Assembly: GCF_009914755.1 (NCBI RefSeq)
Contig: NC_060931.1
Length of the DNA: 64,000 nt
Origin: the human T2T-CHM13v2.0 reference genome, Homo sapiens
Reading direction: 5' to 3' (one strand)
A program made the translations under genes and the position numbers. The notes beneath the pieces are model-generated. The model was given only the letters and a program-made list of their open reading frames with translations. It did not search any database and was not told where the DNA came from. Positions 11,860-26,783 of the stretch are shown in pieces; positions within the stretch are counted from its first letter, which is position 1, and each line of letters opens with the position of its first letter.

Positions 11860-12580
11860 TAAATGCCCAATTGTAATAGTGAATGCTGAGGAGACAGTCA
11901 TTGATGCTACGGGAAACTGTAATAGAAAGATTGCACCTGGTCCAGGTGGTCAAAGCGAAGATTCTCACAGGAAGCTAGATGTGAGTGTGATAATTAAGTA
12001 TAGGTGAGTGTGAGGGTGTGGAGGGAGTGTTCCCTGCAGAATGTAAAGGCCCTGTGATAAAAGGGAACATGGCCATGAAAGAAAAGGAGAGGTCCACTGA
12101 GGCTGGAATCAGGAGAAGCAAGGTAAAGTGGGAGCATCGATTAGGGGCCAGTCCATGCAAAATGTTCCAGGCTGCGCTAAATGTCTGATTTATCCCAAAG
12201 CAAATGAAGACATCAAAGTGTTTGGGCAGGGGGAAAGGCGGGAATTGAGATGGTTCCATTTATCTTTGGGTAAAATTAAAATACTCTAGTAGCAGTGTGA
12301 GGACTGAATAGAGGGATACATTATCTGTGAGGGTTCAGTTAGCAAGCCAGTGTGATAATTTAGGTAAGATAAGATGATAGCTTGATTTGGATACAATAGC
12401 CATGAAAGGAGTGAACAGACTTCAGAAATGTATGAGTCAAGTAGACAACTTTGGGATAAATTAGATGGAAGAAAGGAGAGAAGAGGAGCAACCGATAACC
12501 TCAGATTTGCATTGAACATAAATAGAGCTAATCACTAAGAAAGAGAATATGCAACAATTTTGGGCAGGAGGAGATGCTGC
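11860..12580 (-). mobile_element. L2 LINE fragment
   Basis: gaatgtaaaggccctgtg, gaggctggaatcaggagaagcaagg, atcccaaagcaaatgaagacatcaaagtgttt typical of L2 in reverse. Confidence 0.7.
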
Positions 12581-12592
12581 GGTGGAGGAGGT

Positions 12593-13296
12593 ACAACACA
12601 CCTCTCCTTACTGCATGTGATAAGTTCCAAGACCCCCACTGGATGCCTGAAACCATAATTAGTAAAGAACCCGATTGTCATAAGTTGGAACACATTTCTG
12701 TTCACATCCTCCACCCAGAAATTTAAAGAAGGCTTTTCCATCTTAACTTAGCACTTACTTATCACACACTATGGCTATAACTTTTGCAGTTTGAAATGTG
12801 ACAGCAAAAACTAGCTTGCATTTCTTTTTCCTTCTTCATGATTTTATGGATAAAGGGTTATTCTTAACATAGATCTTAGCAGCTTCAGCATACAATTATT
12901 TTTTCTTTCCTTATTAACTAGAGAAACTTTTCACTTAAAAGAAGCACTTTATGGCTTCTCTTCTGCATTTCCAAGTTGGCAGCATCACTACCCTTGCACT
13001 TCAGAACTATAATTAACTAAAATAAGGGTGATTTGAGCACAAGCATTGCAATGCTGAGGTGACAGTCCATCTGATAACCAATAGGGGTACTAAGTGACTA
13101 ACCAGCAGGCGGAATGAATGGATACATTGGACAAAGGGATGATTCACAGCCCTGGTGAGAAAAGCAGGATGGTGGTGCACATTTTAAAACTTACGAGTTT
13201 ATTTCTGGAATTTTCTGGTTAATATTGGAGGACCCTAGTTGACCATGGGTATTTGAAACTGTGGAAAGCAAAACCACAGATGAGGAAGGAATAGTA
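12593..13296 (-). mobile_element. MER44 (Tigger7-derived, TcMar-Tigger) DNA transposon
   Basis: ttccaagacccccactggatgcctgaaacc at one end; ttgaccatgggtatttgaaactgtggaaagcaaaaccacagatgagg at the other; internal ggacaaagggatgattcac. Confidence 0.85.
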
Positions 13297-13450
13297 TATG
13301 TAGAGAGAAAGAATGCAGCAGTAAAAAGGGCATCCGTGAGTCTTAAGCACAAGAAGAGGAGAATCAGAAAGGCATGTGTGGAAAAACTTTGCAGTGACTG
13401 ACTATGGTCATGGCTGTTTGGCAGGAAAAGCCATGTGGCAAAACCAAATG

Positions 13451-13482
13451 AAACAAACAAACAAACAAACAAACAAACAAAA
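13451..13482. repeat. (AAAC)n microsatellite
   Basis: Directly visible. Confidence 0.9.
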
Positions 13483-14660
13483 GACCCGGAAGGCACAGTA
13501 TGTTAGTCTTTCATTCTTTCATTTGTTCAACAAAAATGTTTATTGAGTACCAACTGATACCATACTTACTCTCTTTTTGTTCATAATTTTGATTTGTATG
13601 TAGTTTTTCTAGAGGCAAAAAATAGGCCTGGCTATAGGACATGAGTTTGCAAGAGTCATTTGGCACTTACATTTTCATTGCAACATAATTAATTTGCATT
13701 CCAGTTTCACTTGTCAGTATTCTCAGCTTAGAAAATGTGAGTTTACCCCAGATATATGGAGCCACTCTGCACAGGCTATTAGCCTACTGAGCTCTCTGAG
13801 CCTGAAAGGCTTAGATTAGTAAACACTCAGAGTTTTTTATCACTTGAAAATTTATAGAAAAATCCTTCCTCTTGGCCAGATTCACAAAATGTTCACATCC
13901 ACATTAAGTGTAATGTCTTGAATGGAAAGCCACATCAACCGAGAAATATAAAACTGTGGTGTCTCTATAAATAGTCTCAAGGAAGCATTTTTGGACCATT
14001 CCATACTTGAGTTATTTTTTAAGTGTGAGGCCTAGTTCACCCATCCCATGAATACCATTTAACATTATTCGAATTAACATTCACCCTTTCAGATCTCATA
14101 CCTACTAACATTTAACAACCTTGTTGATTGGTTAATTCATCTTCCACTAATGCTCCCAGCATGCAGACTTGACAGACTATTACCTTACTTGTTAATGTAT
14201 TATTTGGTGTTTTAAAGTCAGATGCGATTTGACATAGCATGACCTATAACTAAGTAAACAATTTAAAAGCCATATGCCAACTCACTTTACTATTCTATTG
14301 ACTTTCAGTTAGTACCTAGTGGCATGTAAAAAGAATTTTTAAAAAATAGCCACTGTACCACACTGAGGCACGATGTGGTGTAAAGAACTTAGGAAATATT
14401 TCCGAATAAGGCAAAACATAGATTGAATCAGTTCTTTGTATATCTCTGTAAATCTCCCTTGGTTTCTTACACTGCACAGTTATTACTAAGGTTTGGGCAA
14501 AATGTTTGTAAAGTATTTATAAATGACTAGCCTAAAAAGGGCCTCAGGAAATACATGAAAATTAATAATAAGATTATTATTACTGACAATTGCCCTTGTC
14601 ATTTTTAGCAATAGCACCTTCTGGAGTCTTTTTCAAAAAAATAAACATTTATATGATATT

Positions 14661-14820
14661 TGGGGCAGATTCAGGTATGCTAGGGCCTGAAGCTTATACA
14701 AGTGTGGGTGTTTCCTTGCTTAAAAAAATTCAAATTGCAAAAGTGAAATGGAGGGGGCTCATTCTAACTAAGGAGGCCTGAAGCTTAAGCTTCGTTAGCT
14801 TCACAGTAAATAACCCTCTA
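14661..14820. mobile_element. hAT MITE, MER63-like
   Basis: ggggcagattcagg...gggcctgaagcttataca...ggcctgaagcttaagcttcgttagcttcacagtaaat. Confidence 0.65.
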
Positions 14821-15392
14821 ACAAAAGTGGACTATAGTTTTTTCCCTTAGGAGCAACATAGAACTGTAGTCCAAGGATGTTCATCCCTCCAGAGATGTCC
14901 ATACTCCTTCCCATATGCTTTTATTTAAATTTGGAAAATGACAAGAAAATAGAGCACATTTGTCACCTAAAGTACCCCTGCCACATATAAAGATATGCCT
15001 CCATATGCGTTCTGGGGCTTTGGAGATAGATACTCACTCATAAAGGTTGGGGAGAAATTGCAGCTAAATAAATAAATCAATAGATAAATAAGTAAATAAT
15101 AATGAGAATTAGAAGTTTAGCCCTGGACAAGTGTTTAGTTTGAGAGAACAGCTTCAAGTGTCAATCCAATTCAATTTAACAAACATTACTTACTTTGAAA
15201 CAAAGAAACCCAACCAAGATCTGGGAAAGATTCACACAGAAAGTGACTTAATTTTGCCATTAGAAAGTAATTTGAAGCCATCTAATTTCTTTTTCACTGT
15301 CTATCTTCATTGCGCAAATGAGGCTTTCCCATCCTCTTGGAGGGATGTCTGTTTAACAGCCTCAAAGTGGTCTCTGAAATGCATCATGATAG

Positions 15393-15708
<316 letters not shown>

Positions 15709-17246
15709 GGATCTTTCTTTTTTTTGTATATTGGAGATCTACAGCTCGAAACTGTGAAATATAGGTATATTGAAAAGATAATAAAACATCCAAAGAATTT
15801 TTATTTTTATTTATTTATTTTTTTTTAAAAAAAGAAAGCAAAAAAGACAATTCATGAAATGGAGGCTCTGTCCGTACACAAGATTAGGAGACTGAAGTTC
15901 AGATGTTCACACTCCTTCAACTCATATATGGCAGACAGCATTTAAACCCAGAGCATGGGCTTTAAACTCTATCCTTCAGTGCAGCTCTGCATCCTCCCTG
16001 ATTACTTCTCTGCTCCTCTCTCACCCACTGAATATAAATTGTTATGATTTCTTAAATGTATATTGCACAAGATTTTTAGAAAATTATAGTTTGTATGTTA
16101 AGATCTTTTTGGAGACACATCTCATTCATATGCAAGGAACTGATTCTGTAAAGTACATGTGAAAAGCAACCTCATTATTTAAAGTCATGTCGTGCAAATT
16201 AAAAACCATATATTGAAATTGTTCATTTTGCAAAAGAGGTAAATTATCTGCAAAGTGTTGTGTGTGCTACCCTCCCATAAGAAAAAGTTGACTGTAGAAA
16301 AAATAAAAATAAAACTTATGAAACATATTATATCATTTAAATAGTTTAAAGATTATTTGTCACCCTTCACTGATTTAAATGTGACTTTCGACACTTGATC
16401 CTGTGACATATTAGTACATGATCTAGTTTATTAGATTATTTGTAAAGCTGTAATCTTAATATTGATGTTTATCTGATGCAATTTTTCATGAGAAAATGAA
16501 CCAAAGGTCACTATTATGTTCTACTTAGATTCATGATGTGAAATCCTTAATTAGCTTTTACTTTAGCATTATTCTCCTCTCCTTTTTTCTTTTTCACCCA
16601 GTCATCTCTTTAACTGATATTTTAATTTTACAAAGAAGGATGCTCTTATTCTTCACTTGACTGTGGACGAAAAGAATCCCTTACTAGAAGTAGGAGAAAA
16701 TTTTCAAGTCTAAGCTTCAGAAATAGGAGTCATCGGGAGAAGGGGGAAGATGTACAAATGAAGAGAAAAATCTGTTATATGGAACATTTTATTGAATTTT
16801 TAAGATTCCTGGAGGAACTAAAAAATGACCTTGAGTACTGGGCATACCCAATAACAAGAAAGAAGAGACATTTTCTAATGAATCAAAGGTCTCTCTAAAA
16901 CGAAGCCTGCAGGGAACCAGCAAATAGGCAAGTGGAAAAACAGAAGAGAGGCAGCAGGCTACTGTCATCAAACCAGACACTATGAAGAATTGCCTTTGCT
17001 TTGGTAACCGTCTCCATGGGGATACGGCTCAAGAATGTACAATCAATTTTGTTTTTCTCCACAAAGTTTGGAAGAGCAGGAAAATAGATGATGGAGGAAA
17101 TTATGTAAGTAATGTTAGTAAGTTTTGTGGTAGCTGTTTCTGAGAAATACAAAATTTTCCTATAAGAAAAAATTCTAATCAACCCTGAACATGCTTCTGG
17201 ACAAAGGAACTCAAAAACTCTCCACATTCAGATGAAATGATTTTAA

Positions 17247-17670
<424 letters not shown>

Positions 17671-18088
17671 GAAGTGTTTTTTTTTTTTTTTTTTTTTAAA
17701 TGAATTACCCAATTGAATACCCAAAGCCTCATTATGTTTATTAAATTCTCTGCTTATTCTAGCAGTTAAGAAGCTTTTTATTCTAAGTCATAAATGCGGT
17801 ATACTAAAAGTCATTATTTTGGATTTCAATTTTTAAAAATAATTTTGAAAGGGGTTATACAGAATTTCGTTTACAGTATCAATAAAGAAAAATGTAGTAA
17901 GCAAATAAATAGTAAAATAGGTTGCTAGGGGGCCATCTTAAAATACTTCATGGGGAATAAATTTTCAATCACTCTCAAATAATTTGTCATTGCCCACCTT
18001 CTTGCAAAGGCAAACATATGATAATGAAAAATTATCCTTAATTTTCATTTTAAAAATTCTCCAAGATATTCTACCAAAGAAGATTTGG

Positions 18089-19237
18089 GGCCAGCATCAT
18101 CCTGATACCAAAACCTAGCAGACACACAACAAAAAAAGAAAATTTCAGGCCAATATCCCTGATGAACATTGATGTGAAAATCCTCAGTAAAATACTGGCA
18201 AACCAAATCCAGCAACACATCAAAAAGCTTATTCAGCACCACCAAGTCTGCTTCATCCCTGGGATGCAAGGCTAGTTCAACATACACAAATCAATCAACA
18301 TAATCTATCACATAAACAGAACCAATGACAAAAACTACATGATTATCTCAATAGATGCAGAAAAGGCCTTTGCTAAAATTCAACACCCCTTCATGCTAAA
18401 AAGTCTCAATAAACTAGGTATTGATGGAATGTATCTCAAAATAATAATAAGAGCTACTTATGACAAACCCACAGCCAATATCATACTGAATGGGCAAAAA
18501 CTGGAAGCACTCCCTTTGAAAACCAGCACAAGACAAGGATGCCCTCTCTCACCACTCCTATTCAACATGGTATTGGAAGTTCTGGCCAGGGCAATCAGGC
18601 AAGAGAAAGAAATAAAGTGTATTCAAATAGGAAGAGAGGAAATCAAATTGTCTCTGTTTGCAGATGACATTACTGTATATTTAGAAAACCCCACTGTCTC
18701 AGCCCAAAATCTCCTTAAGCTGATAAGCAACTTCAGCAAATTCTCAGAATGCAAAAATCAGTGTGCAAAAATCACAAGCATTCCTATACATCAATAATAG
18801 GCAGACAGAGAGCCTAATCATGAGTGAACTCCTATTCACAATTGCTACAAAGATAATAAAATACCTAAGAATACAACTTACAAGGGATGTGGAGTACCTC
18901 TTCAAGAACTACAAACCACTGCTCAAGGAAATAAGAGAGGACACAAGCAAATGGGAAAACATTCCATGCTCATGGATAGGAAGAATCAATATTGTGAAAA
19001 TTTCCATACTGCCCAAAGTAATTTATAGATTCAATGCTATCCCCATCAAGCTATCATTGACTTTCTTCACAGAATTAGAAAAAACTACTTTAAATTTCAT
19101 ATGGAACCACAAAAGAAAAAAAATACCCATATAGCCAAGACAATCCTAAGCAAAAAGAACAAAGCTGGAGGCATCCCGCTATCTGGCTTCAAACCATACT
19201 ACAAGGCTACTGTAACCAAAACAGCATGGTACTGGTA
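18089..19237 (+). mobile_element. L1PA internal ORF2 (RT) fragment lacking both ends
   Basis: ORF-track peptides [11 protein letters not shown]...[11 protein letters not shown]...SLFADD...; ends abruptly at ...TKTAWYWY. Confidence 0.95.
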
Positions 19238-21949
19238 TTTGACTTCTGATTCTTCATTTACGATAAATGTGAATACTGTAACATTCAGCTGTTAAAAACA
19301 TCCAATTTTTTTTCCCAAAAATGCCACTATAACATTTTTTCTTTGCCCGTTTGTATGTTGTTGTTTTTTTTTAAAAAACCTGTAATCAGCCTCCACTTAC
19401 AATTCTTGTTTTTCATTTAGTTCAGCATACCTTTCCCCGACCTTTTTTTTTCTAATACTGCCGTGGAGAAGACTGTTAGTTTTGACCTCTCTTAACCGTT
19501 TCTTGGCCTCTTTGTGTCTTTTATCCTGGTGGTTGCCATTATTCCCTGGTGGTGCCTGGGGAGTATTTCCTAAGACATTTGTTAATCTCCATTTCTCGCC
19601 AAAACCAGTAAACTCATTTCCCAAAGCTTGTCCTTACTGCTAGGATTTTTACACAGGTAAAAATCCAAGTCCCTCAATACATAAACAAGGTTACTATTTA
19701 CTTCACTTAATCAACTCTATATGTTAATTGGGTTAAAAAATTAGAAGCTTTCAAAATATTCTGATTGATATTTTTAAGTATCAAGGTACTCAAAAACCAT
19801 GGAACTCATAGTTTCAGTTAGGTAATCCTTGAAATCACCACCAGATTACTATGGATGTGATGGTTTGTTTTCCTAAGAACATGGAGAAAACCTGTTGCTT
19901 TTTGTAAGTGGAGCAACTATTTTCACAAATTCTTCCAATAATTCTTCCCCCCATCATTCACTTTGCATGGATTGTCAGGCGTTTTCTACTTGTGAAAGTT
20001 TTAAGAAATAGAACACTGAAGGGAGCCAGGCAGAATTGTGTTGTTTTCCTTCAAATTCATGCCACTCTATAACTTCAGTATTACAATTAACTGATTTCAT
20101 AAGCTGACAGGATAATACTTATCAAAGGAGATTATTGTCCACCTAGCAAAATGAATTTTGAAGTCATTTTCAAGCATCAAATGTTAGCAATGTAAAACTA
20201 TCAGTGTCTTAACCTCTCTAAGTGTTCTTTCATCTGTAAAATGCAGGTAACACATTTTATTTCACACAATTGTTCTCAGGAAAGTGCATACCACAGTACT
20301 TGGAATAGAAATATTTAATGTACGTTGCTTCTCTTCTTTCTCCTTAACACGCATGGGCATGTGCATGTACACACAAACACACTCACACAAGCAGAAAAGT
20401 GTCTCTGTCTGTATTTACTTAAAGATGTTTAATGTAGATTTAGTGCCTTTTCTTATATCAATTCATTTTAATATGTACTAATGAGAATTTTACCGTGCTT
20501 TCCATGAATTTTGAAGGAACAATACATACACCTATATTGCTATTTTTGCTGATATATTCTTAATGTCAAAAGAGTTCTTCATTTTAATCCATGTTTAAAA
20601 GTATGCTTGTGTTTATGTAACCACAGCACCTCAGTGTGTGCAGGTATAGTTGTGTGGCTGTGTGAGGGCAGATGTCATTTCTCTCATACTCCAAGACAGC
20701 GTTATCTATTTGTATCTTTTTGACGAACTGAACACACTGTCACACTGTTAATACCTAATACCTGTGAGGGCAGAGACTTTGTCTTGGCACACTGATTGGC
20801 TTAATTATCTTGAGTTCATATTGCTAATTTTTATTTTAAGAATAACGCATAATAGGTTCTTAAGAATTATTTATAAAGGTGAAAGGAATATAGGACTGAA
20901 TGAAGAAAGCAAAATGCCCTATATCTAATATAGGATATGCAGCTTTTGACAATTAGGAATATATTATCACTTAATGAATGGCTCTTAATGTTTAAGGATT
21001 TTCAAGCCGGATCTGGGCTTACAACATGCATGTGCATGACACAAACATGCACACACATGCACAGGCACATGAGTGTATACATACACACATGTGCTACTTC
21101 ACTGTCTCACTAGCCCACTGCTAACTTGAGGGTATAGGTATTTATTTACTTTGAGTCCATTCAGCTGACTTGTTTACTTTTTGTATTGATTGTTACATCT
21201 CCGCCTTGCCATAATTTTGACACTTGTGCAGCAATGGCAAAATCAGAGCAGATGAATAGGTTGGACTTCAATTTTCTGGTGATTAACTTTCCTCTGTGCA
21301 ATTTCAGTTGATATAGACTTTTTTCACTGGTCAGAGAATTGCAAGCTGTTAAAATTGTCACCGTTGTTTAGTTTTTATCTCATCTACCATTTTCTTGGCA
21401 ATTCAATAAATATATTATTATCATTAATAATAGCATCAGCATATGGAGACTTTGGAAATCAAAGACCTCCAGAGCTTGTGGCTGATCAGATCATGAGGTC
21501 ACATAAACAGCTGAATCTGAAAATCATTGTTTCCTTGTTTCCTGTATAAAGGATTATAGGCCCATAGGTCCTCTTTGAGTTTTCTCTCTCTAGTAGACCT
21601 CTGAAAGTTTACAAGTCTAAATAGCAATTCAGGTGCATTTTCCCAGAATGATTCCTGGTATTTCTGGACCTTTGCTGTTTCTATGCTACCCTCTACTCCT
21701 TAGATCCAGCCTGGTCGAGCAGTGCTCAGCCCCTTTAGCCGCTGGACCACTGCAGGTGTTTCTTGTAGTTCTCCAATCTCATGCGATTGGGCCACCTCTT
21801 CTCTTGGGCTTTCTCTTCTCACTTCTCCTTAGTCTTTTTTGTCTTCCCCTAATGCCGATTTCTTGGCCATCAGTGCTATGTAGCTACTGTATTTTTTGCC
21901 TTTGCTGCTGAACACGCAAGTCACCCTCTTCCAAATAATTTTTCAAGAT

Positions 21950-23180
21950 ATTTTAATAAAATGAAAACAAAAACTTGTAACTCCCTTTACCAGTAAAGAG
22001 AAACCTGGCTCCTATCATCCTCAATATAATCAATTCATTTGCTTTTACAAATTATACATAAAATGTATTTTCAAAATTATTAACCCATAGCATTAAGGAA
22101 ATACATATTCTACCTAGAGTTCAGCACATGTTTACATTGTTCTCCACTTTTAGATTGGGTATATATACTCGAAATGAGTGATTTCAAAAAATATTTTGGT
22201 TTTTTTTCCCCTCCCATTTCACTATGGTTACATTATCAATTTAAAATCTGTTCAGGTCCACTTGTTTTTGTTTGCATTTCATTATGGATTATTTGGAGGG
22301 GAAGAGATTATTTACTTCCTCATCATGTTGACTTTCTTATCTTCTTTAAAGTATGTAGACTGTCCCATGGTTCCCAACACAAAATCTGTAAAACAGTTCA
22401 GAATAAAACTTGCCACTCTACCACCAATCGATTCCATCCCATTCATAACACTCTTGTCATTAATTAACTGTACTATTTTCTGCTTTATTCATTCTATTTC
22501 TTTTTACATTAGATAAGTGGATGCATGAGTATCTTCTTATTTCCTCCTTTTATTTTTTTACAAAAGTAGGCATAATATGTAAACAGTTTTTTATTTTAAA
22601 AAAGTATTTAGCAGTATAACCTGTATAATTTTATAGAGTATATTATTTAGCAGTATATTCCTTATTTCACAGAGCTCTTTCTCAGTCTTTTCCATAGCTT
22701 CATAGGACTCTATTGCATCTTTTGTAATTCAGCTCATCTCCCAAGTATGAGCTTTTAGGTCATTCCTATTTTGCGAATATAAATAAACTATAATAAATTA
22801 TCTTGTGCAAATGTATTTTTTATAGTCAAGGTGAATCTTTAGAGTAAATCTCTAGACAAGATATTTGTGGATCAAAAGATATGTCAAATTCCCCTCCATA
22901 AATGGACCGTGTTGCATTTTCACCAACAACACGTAAAAGGTTCCCTTTCCTCCATAGCTTCACTAGCAGAGCATATATTCAATTTTGTTTTTCTTTTATT
23001 TTCTTTTTGCTTTTTGTCAATCACGGTGGGAAAACTCTGGAACTCAGCATGATTTTGTTTGTATTCATCTTATTCTGAGTGAAGGTGAGTATAGTTTCAT
23101 ATGTTCAAGGGCAATGTTAATAACTTTTTCTTATAATTGCATGATAATGCCATTTGTCCACTGTTTTTTCCTATAGGACA
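21950..23180 (-). mobile_element. Ancient L1M 3' region
   Basis: gtaaatctctagac...gtggatcaaaagatatg, ttgcattttcaccaacaac, ttcatatgttcaagggc: degenerate L1 in reverse; boundaries approximate. Confidence 0.65.
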
Positions 23181-23206
23181 TCTGTGCTTTTCCATTCAAT
23201 TCTGAA

Positions 23207-23295
23207 ATCCTCATAAACATACCCAGAAAAAACTTATATCAGCTCTTTGCCACCGCTAAGCCCAGTTAGGTTGACACATAAAATTAACCATCACA
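23207..23295 (-). mobile_element. MLT2 (ERVL) LTR 5' fragment
   Basis: ttgacacataaaattaaccatcaca is the reverse complement of the MLT2 start tgtgatggttaattttatgtgtcaa. Confidence 0.8.
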
Positions 23296-25549
23296 CTTAT
23301 TTCTTATATCACTTCAATTTTCTAAATTCTTTTAGTATTAGTACATATTAATACCCAATCTAATGACACTGGAAATTAAAAGTTTATTTACACACGTTCA
23401 ATTCAAGCTAATAAACATAATTCAAATAGTAAATTGCTGAGGAACATATCAAAAAGTCTAAAGAATATAGAAGGAAATGTATCTGGGGAATTTACCCTAT
23501 ACTAGTAACAATCTAGAAATACATTTTATAGCACATCTATATAATTACACTTCACAGCTATTTTATTTTTGGCCAGTGTTCAGGTAATAAAGACTTTTTG
23601 CTTTTTATGGATCCAGAAACCCATTTTCAAAATGGAATCGACTCTTTCAAATGAAGAGTTCTTTTAAAATGAAGTAGCAGAAAAGTGTAATAATTTGGAA
23701 CACAGAAAACAAACTCATAAAGTCTTATTTTATTTAGAAAGCTCTACACATTATTTTCAATGTCTCTTTCTTTCCTATAAATCAAAGAAAATACTTTACA
23801 ATACTCAATTTGAGGCAATGTACTAAGTGGCCAAGTGTCACAGATAATACTCTACATCATAAACAAAAGTGCACAGTAATTGTCCTTGGAAGTTGGAAGT
23901 GAAAATGCATCATAACAAAGTGAAATTCATTATCCTTTCCATAGGCTTGATAATATGAATGTGTCTCAACTGTGTTTAAAGCATAAGTAAAGTACAATTC
24001 TACTGGGTTAACATCCTTAAGTTTGACTAAGTGATTTAGGAAATAAAACAGCTTGAGTGTAATTAAGCAATTTGTCTGAATTACACGATGTAATATAACA
24101 GTTTTTTTAATTTTTAGCTAATAGTTTGGATATGATAGAAAAACAAGTCTTAGTAAAAAACAAAAATACAACGAGTAAGATAAAAGCAAAAATAAAAAAA
24201 GGAAGAATAGAGGATGATATTATCAGATATATATGATATATTATTCAGATATCACACATAGGTAGTTTCCCTTTTCAATTATTTGAGGATGCACAATAGT
24301 TTAATCCTATGATGCAATCCTAACTGCTACTAATATTATATATTTTCCCTTTTTTATTATCTCACATAATTATTCATGTTTTCCAGTCTTCAAATTTAGT
24401 AAGTTCACTATTAAGATTAAAAAATAACTAAAGATAATCATGTTAACATATGGAAGCAAGTACTTGAAAGTGTCCCTACCAAGCCTTGGAAAATGAATAT
24501 TTCCTTACTTTCCTGAAAGGAGGAAGCCCTTGTCAATAAGCTTCAAACAATGTGATGCTGTTTGAGAAAACTGGTCATTAATATATGCTATAGTTAGTAT
24601 ATTAAATCTCATTCATATAGAGCCACCAAAATGATAGTGCAAGTACTGTAAAAATAACCATTGATGAAACATGTTGTCATAGACTGTGCTTCCGATCACT
24701 GGCTTGATGGCATTTTGAAAAGACTTAAGTCATCTGGTGAGAAAATTTCATTGAGGTGTCATTTTCCATAATAATTTGGTACAGAGTTACTGAGGTCATT
24801 TTTGTCCTCTGTCTTCAATCCCCTCCTTTTCTTTCTGTGTGTTCTGTTCTCTAATAGAGTACTAGAGACCCCAAAAGATAGGTCACAGGGATTGCAGAGG
24901 GAAATTTTTGTCTGATGGTGGACTTTTGATTGAATTTAGAAATGAAATATTAATTAAAATGTGGAGAAAGTTTTCTCTTTACATTGACATTGAAATTTTA
25001 AAAACAATTTATTCTGAAGCTACTAGGAATCACATTACATTGTATTACAGGTGTTGCCTTTTATAAAATTGTTAAATTTTGTTTTAATTCTGGTATTATA
25101 CAGTAAAGTACAACAGATATCATGACTCATTGATATAGCTGGATCCCTCAGTGAGGGGCTCATTAGGTAAGTTAACATACCATATAACCCATAGAATGGA
25201 TTTTACATGCATTCCTCTGTGAACCAATTATACCTTCTTTTTTATAAAATGTGTGAATATGGAATATGATAACTCACAGTGAATTATTATACATTGTATT
25301 CCATATTCTGTTGGCCTCAGGCAAACTAGGTGATTTCAATTTCTGTTTTATTCCTCTCTACACTAATGTGAAAATAATGATACTTCATATGGGTATTGCT
25401 GAGGTTTAGTTAAAATTTATGTAGAGTTTTCTATCCAAGCCTATAAAATTATTCATGGGAGTCCTGATTGTTTCTATTACTGATGTGTTATTCCAATAGG
25501 TAAAGAGAATTAAGAGATCATAGTTCGCATACAAAACTGAGTTTTTAGG

Positions 25550-25735
25550 GAAAACAATTTTGAACCTGAAATTAGAAGTCTGCATTTGAATCTTTGTGAC
25601 CTTGGGCAAGCCATGGAATCCCCCTAAGTATGTTTTGACACTTACCGGCAACCTCAATTTTTCTTTTGTAAAGCTGATAAAATAATATAAACTTCACAGG
25701 CTTTCTGTAAATTAAAAATGTGGCAGTGTTTGTGA
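25550..25735 (+). mobile_element. MIR SINE
   Basis: tttgaatctttgtgaccttgggcaagc...cctcaatttttcttttgtaaa...ataatata...cacagg. Confidence 0.6.
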
Positions 25736-25967
25736 ATTAAATATTTTGAGGAGCTATTAAGAGGTTGGAACAATGGGAGCTCTCAAAAGTGAAGAATATG
25801 AAGGAGTCCAATCCAAGAGAGGATGGTGTAATGAGTTGGCAGGGATGCATCTAAATGTTCTCAAGAGAATTTATTCTATAATCAATAATCTATCTCATTC
25901 ACAAGAAAATGATAAAGGTTGAGAGTGTAGGCTGCTGTCATGACCTACAGGCACTGCCTAAATCCTT

Positions 25968-26118
25968 GCAACTCAAAGTGCAGTCCTTGGACCAGCATCC
26001 TCAGCACTAACTGGAGGCTCGTTAGAAATCTCAGGCCCCATCCTAGACATACTGAGTCAGAATCTGCATTCTAACAAGATGCCCAAGAGACTCATATATA
26101 CAATAAAGTTTTAGGAGG
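25968..26118. mobile_element. MER5A (hAT-Charlie)
   Basis: ctcaaagtgcagtccttggaccagcatc...gttagaaatctcaggccccatcctagac...gaatctgcattctaacaagat. Confidence 0.85.
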
Positions 26119-26783
26119 GCAAGACTTGACCACATGATGCAGCCTGGGAATATCTGCTCTTTACAAAGCCCCTTGCAATTAATAATAACCAAATATATGT
26201 AGGAGGATCGAGGCAATGTGACCTGGCAGTGTTTTAGAATTTTATTATCCCTTCACATGTCCTTAGATTCTCCTATTAAATTCCCCAAGCACAAGCCCAT
26301 CTACTGGCCCTTATACATAGTGATGAGTGTATCTGGATAATAGTCACTTTTAGGATTTGGGTTATTTGCTAAAACAGGGATCTTATATGAGACTTATAAC
26401 TGGTCCTATTGTCTTTTTTTTTTAATCTTATACAGAAAGGATAGGCACCTCCTTCATTGCTTTACAGTTACCCAGAAAAGTCATTTAAAGAGTCCAGAGA
26501 GTGGCATTGCAGATCCCTGCTCAACTAGGGCATATTTTCAGAACATCAGAGGCTTATAAAATACATATCCCAAGACCCCAAACCCTCAAAGATTGATTCT
26601 CCAGGAATCTACATTTTAACAATGGACTACACTTTGTCCTTTATAGATAAGTTCACCATGCCCATCTTTATTCAAACTTGTAACTTTGTCTACTGATTGA
26701 ATAGATAGTTCAATGAACATCCTCTTTCAATCTTTATCAGAAACTGACCTCACTGTATGCATTCGTCAGGGACTACTGTTTAG

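Noticed and set aside
17921-17939. gttgctagggggccatctt as a CTCF/YY1/RFX site
   Set aside because: Lacks the CCAC/CCAG half of the CTCF core; short motifs like these are expected by chance
19453-19463. taatactgccg matches the 5' end of miR-200c
   Set aside because: Match stops at 11 nt and I see no precursor hairpin
19397-19624. 75-aa minus-strand ORF in unique sequence (also 28168-28350, 29011-29292)
   Set aside because: No recognisable homology; lengths expected by chance
25104-25166. Plus-strand mini-exon candidate (cag|...attag|gtaagt); a similar one lies near 17067-17104
   Set aside because: Weak acceptors and no partner exons; 25104-25166 has stops in all frames; not distinguishable from chance
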